A DNA stretch of 64,000 nucleotides from positions 768,001 to 832,000 of the forward strand of contig CAWHTE010000007.1 of the NCBI GenBank assembly GCA_963832165.1, written 5' to 3'. The notes under the pieces were generated by a model that ran no database searches, had not been told where the DNA came from, and saw nothing but the letters and a program-made list of their open reading frames with translations. The position numbers were made by a program, and so were the translations under genes. Origin of the DNA: an uncultured delta proteobacterium. GTDB taxonomy: Bacteria > Myxococcota_A > UBA9160 > SMWR01. Positions 44,422 to 52,055 of the stretch are shown in pieces; positions within the stretch are counted from its first letter, which is position 1, and each line of letters opens with the position of its first letter.

Positions 44422-45926
44422 CCGCGGCAAGCGCACCGCGCGTCGAGATCGCCACGGGCCGGCTCGAGGGTCGCCGCGCCGAAGGCGTCGATCGCTTCCT
44501 GGGGATTCCGTTCGCGCAGCCGCCCACGGGCGCGCGGCGCTTCCGTCCGCCCGAGCCGGCCGCACCCTGGAGCGGGGTGCGCACGGCCGACGCGTTCGGC
44601 CTCGTGGCGCCGCAGAACGCGCTCGACGCGGGCGCGCTGCCGGGTATGCAGGTGGGCCCGCAGGGCGAGGACTGTCTGTCCCTGAACGTCTACACGCCCG
44701 CGGCCGACGCGGGCCGCCGCCCCGTCATGGTGTGGATCCACGGCGGCGCGTTCATGATCGGCGCGGGGTCGCAGCTGATCTATGACGGCGCAGCGCTCGC
44801 GCGGCGCGGCGACGTCGTGGTGGTGACGATCAACTACCGGATGGGCGCGCTGGGATTCCTCGACCTCGAGACGTGTCTGGGCGGCGAGTTCGCGGGCTCG
44901 GGCAATGTCGGGTTGCTCGATCAGATCGCAGCGCTCGCGTGGGTGCGCGAGAACATCGAGCGCTTCGGCGGCGACCCGCACAACGTCACGATCTTCGGCG
45001 AGTCGGCAGGCGGCATGAGCGTGGGCACGCTGCTCGGGTGCCCGGCGGCGCGCGGTCTGTTCCAGCGCGCGATTCCGCAGAGCGGCGCCGCGCACAACGC
45101 GCACGATCGCGAGACGTCCGCACGCGTGGCCGACTACTTCCTGCGCGCGCTCGGCACACGCGACGCTCGAGCGCTGCGCGATGCACCGGTCGAGCGGATC
45201 CTCGCCGCGCAGCTCCAGTGCTCGCTGCACGTGGGCGAGCTCGGCGTGCTGCTCGCGTTCCAGCCCTGCGCGGGCCATGCCGAGCTGCCCGAGCCCCCGC
45301 TCGCGGCCGTGCGCGCGGGCAGCGCAGCCGGCGTCTCCACGCTGATCGGCACGACGCGCGATGAGTGGCGCTTGTTCGAGTTCCTCGATCCCAGGTTCGG
45401 TTCGATGGACGACGCGGGCTTCCTCGCGCGCGCGGTGCAGCGCGTCGGCGAGGCGGCCCCGGTGCTCACCGACGTCTACCGCAAGGACGCACCCGAAGCG
45501 GCGCCGGTCGACCACTTCTCGGCGTTCGAAACCGACCGCGTGTTCAGGGTGCCCGCGGTGCGCCTCGCGGATGCTCAGGCCGCACACGGGCCGGTGTATG
45601 GCTACGAGTTCGCGTGGCCGTCGCCCGCGCGGCGGGGCGCGCTCGGCGCGTGCCACGCGATCGACATCCCGTTCGTGTTCGGAACGCTCGGCGCGCCCGA
45701 CATGGCCGCGTTCTCGGGCAGCGGCCCGGCGGCCGAGCGCCTGTCGGAAGCGGTGATCGACGCGTGGGCCGCGTTCGCGCGCGGCGGCGATCCCGCGTGC
45801 GCCGCGATCCCGCGCTGGCCGCGCCACGACCCCGCGACGCGCCCGACGCTGATCATCGACCGCGAGTGCCGCGTCGAGATGGCGCCGCGCGACCGCACGC
45901 TGCGCGCGTGGGACGAGCTCCTGTAA
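44418..45926 (+). CDS. Type-B carboxylesterase
   Basis: EDCLSLNV, IHGG, FGESAGG, GACH. Confidence 0.93.
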   Translation: MTAASAPRVEIATGRLEGRRAEGVDRFLGIPFAQPPTGARRFRPPEPAAPWSGVRTADAFGLVAPQNALDAGALPGMQVGPQGEDCLSLNVYTPAADAGRRPVMVWIHGGAFMIGAGSQLIYDGAALARRGDVVVVTINYRMGALGFLDLETCLGGEFAGSGNVGLLDQIAALAWVRENIERFGGDPHNVTIFGESAGGMSVGTLLGCPAARGLFQRAIPQSGAAHNAHDRETSARVADYFLRALGTRDARALRDAPVERILAAQLQCSLHVGELGVLLAFQPCAGHAELPEPPLAAVRAGSAAGVSTLIGTTRDEWRLFEFLDPRFGSMDDAGFLARAVQRVGEAAPVLTDVYRKDAPEAAPVDHFSAFETDRVFRVPAVRLADAQAAHGPVYGYEFAWPSPARRGALGACHAIDIPFVFGTLGAPDMAAFSGSGPAAERLSEAVIDAWAAFARGGDPACAAIPRWPRHDPATRPTLIIDRECRVEMAPRDRTLRAWDELL

Positions 45927-46208
45927 CGAACCCCTTCCCGCGGGCTTCGCATTTCGGCCCCGGCGCGCCTCGCTCTTCTCACTCGATCCCCAACGTGATC
46001 GCGCTTCCCGTTCGATCCTGGCGCGCCCCCGCAGGTGCGCACCGTCCGGATCTCTTCCCACCGCGAGCGCCGGCGGGGCGCCCGGGGGACGGGCCGAGTT
46101 CTCGCGCCTAACCCCGCGATTTCGCTCATGTGGTCTTCGCCCGCACGCGCGGCGAGTCAGCGTACGCCCGCGCCGGGCTCGCTCCCGCGGGCGCTCATCC
46201 TGGTGAGC

Positions 46209-46230
46209 GAACTGGATTCAAATCCAGTTC
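46209..46230 (-). repeat. Palindromic repeat, copy 3 (orphan, inverted)
   Basis: GAACTGGATTCAAATCCAGTTC, the reverse complement of GAACTGGATTTGAATCCAGTTC. Confidence 0.8.
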
Positions 46231-46424
46231 ACGGCCGCAACTCCGCGGGTTGTTCGACGACTCGCCCAGGATGGCGACCCGAGGCGACCAAGAAACAATT
46301 ATCCAGCGAAATTTTCGCAGCCTAACTCCCGAACCCGCAGTGCAACTCGGCGAATCTCCGACACGTTCCCCGATCGCCCCGTACAATAGGCTGCGAGCTC
46401 TCGCAGTATTCGCTGCATGGGAGC

Positions 46425-46446
46425 GCAAGCTAATAAGTAGTTAGGC
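46425..46446 (+). other. attI-like integron recombination site
   Basis: GCTAATAAGTAG|TTAGGC: a GTTRRRY core with no paired attC arm, at the head of the array; nested inverted repeats upstream (46304..46415). Confidence 0.6.
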
Positions 46447-46459
46447 GGCCGAGAAGCGA

Positions 46460-46958
46460 ATGCTCCGTTTCCCAGTCTTCGCCATCGCCCTGTTCTCTGT
46501 TCTGTCATCGCTCGCCCACGCTGCGGAGCCCACGAAGGCGGAGCGGATACTCGTCGAGAAGGCAGCCCCGGCGCCTCACCTTGTTCGCAGCCGGAGGGCC
46601 CATTCGGTCCTACACCGTTTCCCTAGGCGGCAATCCGGAAGGTCCCAAGGAGAGAGAGGGAGACGAACGCACACCGGAGGGGCTCTACTCCATCAATGCT
46701 CGAAACCCCAAGAGTTCCTTCCACCGCTCCCTTCAGATCTCGTATCCCAACCCCAAGGACCAAGCCCGCGCCGCCGCCGCGGGTGTTAACCCCGGGGGCC
46801 TCATCATGATCCACGGCATTCGCAACGGGCTCGGTTGGGTCGGCCGCCTCCATCGATTCCTGGATTGGACGGACGGTTGCATCGCGGTCACCGACACGGA
46901 GATGGATGAAATTTGGGAATTGGTCCAGGTTGGTACTCCAGTAGAGATCAAACCTTGA
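46460..46958 (+). CDS. Cassette 1: L,D-transpeptidase (YkuD) family (frameshift near 46568)
   Basis: Signal peptide, GPK..EGD.RTPEG.Y, ISYPN..D, IHG...WTDGCIA. Confidence 0.88.
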
Positions 46959-47121
46959 GCAGTCGGCCGCCTAACAAGGGATCATAAGTAGGTCACGTCC
47001 TCGATCGAGGCGCGCTGCATGGGAAGGCAGCATCGAGGCGCGGTGGCGGTCTCCTCCGCTGGGGACATGCTTCGGGTTGAAACACGACCTGGGCATGGAC
47101 GCCCAACGAAGGAGGACCGCA

Positions 47122-48176
47122 ATGGAACGCTATCTCGGAGCCGACGTGCACGCCGCGAGTGTCACGTTCTGCGGGTTGGATGCGTCGGGGAAGCAGATCC
47201 GGCGCGACGTGGTGGAGACGAATGGGAAGGCGCTCGTGGGCTACCTCCAATCGTTCGCGGGGAATCTGCACTTGTGCATCGAGGAAGGCGAGTGGAGCCA
47301 GTGGCTCTACGAGATCCTCTCGCCCCATGTGGACGAGCTCGTCGTGTACCGCGGTGAGTGGAAGCCGGGCCAGAAGAGCGACGCGATCGACGCGCATGGG
47401 CTCGCGGAGAAGCTGCGCACCGGGGGGATCAAGCGGCCGGTGTACAAGGACGCGAAGCTCTTCACGGCGTTGCGCGATCGGGCTCGGACGTACACGATGG
47501 TGACCCGGGACGTGGCGCGGGTGAAGAGTCGACTGAAGAGCTTCTTTCGGTCTCGCGGCCTGCCGTGTGCGGGCGACGCGCTGTACAAGCTCGAGGAACG
47601 GGCGAAGCGTGCGCAGGCGCTGCCGCCGGCGACACGGGAAGCCGTCGAGCTCCTGGGACGCGAGCTCGATCAGCTCGAAGCGCTCAAGGCCGAAGCGGAA
47701 GCGGCGATGCTGCGCGAGTCGCATCGGCATCGGATCGCGCGGATCCTCGAGACTGCGCCCGGGCTCGGTCCGATCCGGGTCGCGCAGATGCTGCCGATCG
47801 TGGTGACCCCGTACCGCTTCCGCACCAAGCGGCAGTTTGGGCCTACTGTGGCTTTGGGGTCGTGATGCGGTCGTCGAGCGACTGGGTGCAGGACCAGGGC
47901 CGATGGGTGAAGGCTCGGGTCGTGCAGACGCGCGGTTTGAACTTCAACCACAACCGGATGCTCAAAGCGATCTTCAAGGGCGCGGCCACGACCGTCGTCG
48001 CGCACTGCGGACCGAATCCGCTGCGCGAGGGCTACGACCGGCAGCTCGAGAACGGCACGAAGCCGAACCTGGCCAAGCTCACGGTGGCGCGGCAGATCGC
48101 CGCGATCGTGCTGGCCATGTGGAAGACACAGGAGGAGTACGACCCCGGGAAGATCCACAATCTCGTCACCCACTGA
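47122..48176 (+). CDS. IS110-family recombinase/transposase (frameshift near 47838)
   Basis: DEDD: YLGADVH, IEEG, KSDAIDA; PGLGPI; F.TKRQ.WAYCG...RSS; GLN...N..LK..F; VARQIA. Confidence 0.92.
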
Positions 48177-48500
48177 TCGCTCTGCATCGACGGAGCATCG
48201 TCTGCTACAGCGAGATCTGGATCTCCGGGGCACAGGGTCGAGGGGAAGCATCCGTGCCAACGCGTGGCCGCGACTGCGGTTGCAGGCCCAATAACAAGGA
48301 TATGCCCCCTCGCAGGACCGAATGAAGCGATGGCCTTCGAGGCCCCGATGGAAGCATGGTTCGCAAGCCCGCACGCTTCACGGCCCGAGGAGAACGCGGA
48401 GGAGGATGGCGGATGGACCCGTACGGTGCCGATCGATCGAATGATGCCTGGACGTTCGACGCCGCTAGGTCGAATAACGGAGTACCATGCTCTTGACATC
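48177..48500 (+). ncRNA. Putative bridge/seek RNA of the IS
   Basis: ~330-nt structured non-coding end; two GGCC..GGCC hairpins followed by ATAACAAG (target-like) and GATGGAAG (donor-like); boundaries approximate. Confidence 0.72.
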
Positions 48501-48638
48501 GCCTACTATGGAAGGCGCTCTAGCTGACCGGCCTGCGTTCTATCGGAATCTGATAGAGTGTGGCAAGGCAGCTCGGGTGGCGTTGCGGAAGGTTCCCGCT
48601 GGCCGCCAGCTGAGCGCCGATCCGTTGGGCGGCGTGAA

Positions 48639-48989
48639 GTGAGCCGAATCGCGAGAGTGCTCTCGATGGTTCTTCTCGCTGCGTGCGCCTGCGGAAATCC
48701 CGCCGGCTTCGCCGACGTCACCCCCGCGTCTCCGATCTTTTCTCGCCCTTCTCTTGATCCGTTTGGGGGGTGGGATTGCGAGCCGGTTGGCGTCGTGACG
48801 GTTCCAGCCCGCAGCGTAGGTTTCACCGACAAGTATTTCGGGTTTGCCGAAGATGAGTTTCACCAGTCAGTGACAACTCAAACAAAGCGGCTCGGGGCGA
48901 TTCTTGTTGTTATGAGCGAAGAAGCTGATCTCGAGGCTATTGCATCGTCGGGCGAGCCTTTCCAGGCTTCCGCCTACCGCTGCAGGTAG
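48639..48989 (+). CDS. Cassette 2: hypothetical lipoprotein
   Basis: ORF fills the space between attC1 and attC2; signal + LAAC lipobox. Confidence 0.65.
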   Translation: MSRIARVLSMVLLAACACGNPAGFADVTPASPIFSRPSLDPFGGWDCEPVGVVTVPARSVGFTDKYFGFAEDEFHQSVTTQTKRLGAILVVMSEEADLEAIASSGEPFQASAYRCR

Positions 48990-49001
48990 GTTTCCCACGC
49001 C

Positions 49002-49158
49002 GCCCAACAAGCGGTTGCAGCTGGCGGCCGCCTGCTTTGGTTGCAGTGCGGCGTCACACGGCCGACGGCCGCCGGCCCGGTGGTTGACGCGCAGCGGCCG
49101 CCGGATTGATACTCGGAGACACGCGGGGCGGCTGTAGCTGAACCGCGATCCGTTGGGC
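49002..49158 (+). other. attC site 2
   Basis: GCCCAAC-AAG-CGGTTGCAGCTG-GCGGCCGCC...GGCGGCTG-TAGCTGAACCG-CGATCC-GTTGGGC. Confidence 0.88.
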
Positions 49159-49178
49159 AGCGAAACTTGGGGTAGTGG

Positions 49179-49460
49179 ATGGCCGAATCGCTCGTCGCGG
49201 GCTTGGAACTCATCCGCGAAATCGCGCGGGCCCTCGCAGATCGACCGTCGTCGAGGGTTGCAGCGATCAGTCGGATTCTGGGAGTGGGATTTTTCTATCT
49301 TGTGCTCGGAGCGCTTGGTGCGCTCGCTCTGGACTTTGGTCCGCCACGACAGGTCGTCGTTGTACTCGTATTTTCCCTACTCGCCGCACTTTCTTGCAGT
49401 CTCGTTTGCCTCCTTTCGCGTTTGCGCTCGAAGACTCGACTCGACCCATCCGGTGATTGA
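49179..49460 (+). CDS. Cassette 3: small two-TM hypothetical protein (probably 3'-truncated)
   Basis: Two hydrophobic segments; ORF runs into the attC3 remnant. Confidence 0.5.
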   Translation: MAESLVAGLELIREIARALADRPSSRVAAISRILGVGFFYLVLGALGALALDFGPPRQVVVVLVFSLLAALSCSLVCLLSRLRSKTRLDPSGD

Positions 49461-49531
49461 CGCTCCGCGGCCGCCGGGTTGATACTCGGAGGTACGCGGG
49501 GCGGCCGTAGCTGAGCCGCGACGCGTTGGGC
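49450..49531 (+). other. attC site 3, right half only
   Basis: Closely similar to the 3' half of attC2 (CGGCCGCCGG.TTGATACTCGGAG..ACGCGGGGCGGC.GTAGCTGA.CCGCGA..CGTTGGGC); no RYYYAAC arm. Confidence 0.8.
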
Positions 49532-49544
49532 GACGTGATTCGAG

Positions 49545-49961
49545 ATGAAGACTCATCTGACAGCGCTCACGGCCGTATCCCTCGGTTCGCTCGCTTCAGC
49601 GTGCGCTTCGTCGACCGACGCGCCGATCCACTACTCCCATCCGCCCGCGATCCAGGTCGACTATCCGGATGTAGCGATGCCTACCGTCTCCACCCCAGAC
49701 TTCATGCCGGAGGTCGTCCCCGAAGCGACCGTTCCGCTCAGGACTCCGGACGCACCCGCGTCCACGGCGTTCATTTGTGGTGGCATTACGATCGCGCCAG
49801 CTCCTGAGCTCTACGGCACGACGTGGAGAGTACGCTCGATCTCGAGTACGCGGACATCATCGCAAACGCGTCTCACCGAGGAAGAACGCTACTTCTCGGA
49901 TTGGTACGACGACCTCAAGCAACCAACTGTCATCTTCCACTTGGAACCCGTGTACCGATGA
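49545..49961 (+). CDS. Cassette 4: hypothetical Pro-rich lipoprotein
   Basis: Starts 14 bp after GTTGGGC; signal + ASAC lipobox-like motif. Confidence 0.55.
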   Translation: MKTHLTALTAVSLGSLASACASSTDAPIHYSHPPAIQVDYPDVAMPTVSTPDFMPEVVPEATVPLRTPDAPASTAFICGGITIAPAPELYGTTWRVRSISSTRTSSQTRLTEEERYFSDWYDDLKQPTVIFHLEPVYR

Positions 49962-50407
49962 AGCTCGTCCAGGAGTTCACCCTCACCGCAACGCTGAAGC
50001 CGCCGCTGCCGATCGGGGCCGGCCCGATCGGTACGCGCATGTACTACGAGGTGATCAGCGGAGCGATCACCGGCGAGCGGCTGCGCGGGACGCTGCTCGG
50101 CGGCGGCGAATGGGCGCTGATCGGACCGGACGGCTTTCTGAGGATCGATGTGCGTCTGCAGGCCGAAACCCACGATGGAGCCTACCTCTACATCCAGTAC
50201 ACCGGCCTCCTCGAATTGAACGAGGCTGTTCAGCGTGCGCTCGCGAGCGGCAAGGGCACCGACTTCGGCGAACAGTACTTCTTCACGAACCCGCGTATCG
50301 AGACCGGCGACAAGCGATACGCGTGGCTCAACACGACCTTCTTCATCGGCGAAGGTCACGCCCTTCCGGCGCTCGGCGTCGGGTATCGCGTCTGGCGCCC
50401 GGCTTGA
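49958..50407 (+). CDS. DUF3237 family protein
   Basis: IG.GP.G.R, GERLRG, GGEW, DVR...ETHDGA, P..ETGD.RY.WLN. Confidence 0.88.
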   Translation: MKLVQEFTLTATLKPPLPIGAGPIGTRMYYEVISGAITGERLRGTLLGGGEWALIGPDGFLRIDVRLQAETHDGAYLYIQYTGLLELNEAVQRALASGKGTDFGEQYFFTNPRIETGDKRYAWLNTTFFIGEGHALPALGVGYRVWRPA

Positions 50408-50784
50408 CCAAGAAACGACCTGCCCGGAAATCCAAGCGATCGGAGGCGTCGTTCGACACCGCTCGCGCGATCGCGCTCGGGCTTTCCGGCGTAGAGGAGG
50501 GCGCGTCCTACGGCACGCCCGCGTTCCGCGTGCGCGGAAAGATGTTTGCGCGCTTCCATCAGGACGGTGAGTCGCTCGTCGTGCGAGCCGACTTCGAGGC
50601 CCGCGAGGCCCTGCTGCGGGCCAACCCGAAGGCGTTCTACCTGACGGAGCACTATCGCGCGTATCCGTGGGTCCTGCTCCGGCTGGCCGCCATCTCGCGA
50701 TCCGATCTCTCCGATGTTCTCGAAGAGGCATGGCGCCGATGTGCTCCGCGGACCCTCGCCCAGCCCGCCACCCGGAAGCGCTAG
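50404..50784 (+). CDS. MmcQ/YjbR family protein
   Basis: L.GVEEG.SYGTPAFRVRGKMF, HY..YPWVL.RL, EAW...AP. Confidence 0.87.
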   Translation: MTKKRPARKSKRSEASFDTARAIALGLSGVEEGASYGTPAFRVRGKMFARFHQDGESLVVRADFEAREALLRANPKAFYLTEHYRAYPWVLLRLAAISRSDLSDVLEEAWRRCAPRTLAQPATRKR

Positions 50785-50829
50785 TCTTCCGGCCGGTCAA
50801 CCGACCCGAGGTTCCCGTTCGTGACTCCC

Positions 50830-51007
50830 GCGCAGTAGCCAGATCTCGACCGAAATTCGTTCGGCTACTTCACCGGTGCAATCGCACCGACATGCGGAGT
50901 GGTGTGACGCGAGGTCGGGGTCTGGCGGTGCGCGAGCCGTCATGAGATCTCCCGGCCTACCGCCACGACCAGTCCGCTCGCGTGAGCTCCCTCCGCCGGG
51001 AGCTCAC
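50830..51007 (+). ncRNA. Candidate structured cis-regulatory RNA leader
   Basis: Nested stems with G-U pairs, plus a 10-bp hairpin covering the GGGAG RBS of the next gene. Confidence 0.45.
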
Positions 51008-51009
51008 CC

Positions 51010-51568
51010 TTGCACGCCCTCGTATGGCGAGTGGTTCCGATTGCCGTTCCGACCTGGCCCGTCCGCTGCACGCGCTGCGGCGCACCCGAGCTCGAAACCA
51101 CCGAGAGATTCCGCGTCAACGCGAACGGACCCCTGCACGACGTCTGGTTGATCTATCGCTGTCCGCGCTGTGGCCTTCCGCGCAAGCGGTCGATCCTGCG
51201 CCGCATTCGCGAGAGCGCGAGCGGTTCGCTCGACACCTACCGCCACAGCGATCCGCAGGCGGCTGTGCGGTGGGCGTTCGAGCTGTCGCGCGGCGTGCCG
51301 GCGGCCTATCGCGTCGATCGACCGCCGCTCGCGCTGCCGACGGTCCTCGATGTGAGGATCGAGCAACCCGTTGCGTGCAGTGCGCGCTGGGATGTGTTCC
51401 TGGCCCGCGAGCTCGGCTGCTCCCGGTTGCTCCCGGTCGCACGTGCGCTCGGCGTGGCGATCGGGCGCGCTGCTCGTCGCGCCGGCGGCTCGCCCTCGCT
51501 CGGCGATTCGCGACGGCGATCGCTTCCGGACGCGGCTGGACGGGGCGGGACGCATGACAATTCCCTGA
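51010..51568 (+). CDS. DUF1062 family protein (frame broken by a 10-bp duplication near 51420)
   Basis: CTRC...FRVNANG..DVWLIYRCPRC; tandem TGCTCCCGGT x2 shifts the frame. Confidence 0.75.
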
Positions 51569-51614
51569 ATCGAATCCGCTATCTTGGCGCGCCTACCACA
51601 CCGGAGGCTCCGTC

Positions 51615-52037
51615 TTGGCCCGTCTCTCGTCCGCGCTGCTCTCGATCTCCCTCGCATTCGCGTTCGCCGCCGCCGCCGCGCGCGCGGGCGAAGCGCCGGA
51701 CTGGGACAAGCTCGCGGCGATCTCGCGCATCGAGATCCTCACCCACGACGAGGACGGCGACGTACGCGAGACCACGATCTGGTTCGCGGTGGTCGACGGG
51801 CAGGGCTTCATCCGCACCGGCGACAGCAACTGGGCCGAGAACATCCACCGCAATCCGAGCGACGTGGTGCTGCGGATCGAGGGCGTGGAGTATCCGCTGC
51901 GCGCGGAATTCATCGAGAACGACGCGCTGCGCGAGCGGATCGTCGCGGCATTCCGCGAGAAGTACGGCTGGACCGACGGCGCCGTCCAGTTCGTGCGCGG
52001 CAAGCGTCCCAACATCATGCACATGGTTTCTCGTTAG
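51615..52037 (+). CDS. Exported DUF2255/DDN-like split-barrel protein
   Basis: Signal peptide; RETTIW..V.DG...IR, W..NI..NP, REKYG. Confidence 0.7.
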   Translation: MARLSSALLSISLAFAFAAAAARAGEAPDWDKLAAISRIEILTHDEDGDVRETTIWFAVVDGQGFIRTGDSNWAENIHRNPSDVVLRIEGVEYPLRAEFIENDALRERIVAAFREKYGWTDGAVQFVRGKRPNIMHMVSR

Positions 52038-52055
52038 GCGCAGGTCGGGGTCCCC

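Larger units (their letters stand above)
46980..48511 (+). mobile_element. IS110-family (IS1111-type) insertion sequence inserted in attC
   Basis: AAGG core on both sides (46976..46979, 48512..48515); imperfect sub-terminal IRs CATAAGTAGGTCACGTC / GACATCGCCTACTATG; short 5' and long 3' non-coding ends. Confidence 0.9.
46969..48630 (+). other. attC site 1, split by the IS (46969..46979 + 48512..48630)
   Basis: Rejoined: GCCTAAC-AAGG-CGCTCTAGCTGACCGGCC...GGCCGCCAGCTGAGCG-CCGATCC-GTTGGGC (~126 bp). Confidence 0.85.
46441..49961 (+). mobile_element. Integron gene-cassette array (4 cassettes), no integrase seen nearby
   Basis: Small same-strand, lower-GC ORFs separated by RYYYAAC...GTTRRRY attC sites; cassette ends are complementary (GTTAGGCGGCCGA/TCGGCCGCCTAAC; GTTGGGCGGCGTG/CACGCCGCCCAAC). 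Confidence 0.88.

Noticed and set aside
30968..46230. Palindromic repeats as a CRISPR array
   Set aside because: Copies are about 1 kb and 14 kb apart with no spacer periodicity, and no cas genes are present
45927..46300. Integron integrase remnant
   Set aside because: No tyrosine-recombinase motifs (HxxR, LGH, Y) in any listed ORF here
47825..47850. Programmed frameshift in the IS110 recombinase
   Set aside because: No slippery heptamer; IS110 recombinases are single ORFs; the window is full of similar indels
50785..50830. Further attC after the MmcQ/YjbR gene
   Set aside because: No RYYYAAC...GTTRRRY pair; the DUF3237 and MmcQ genes cannot be shown to be cassettes
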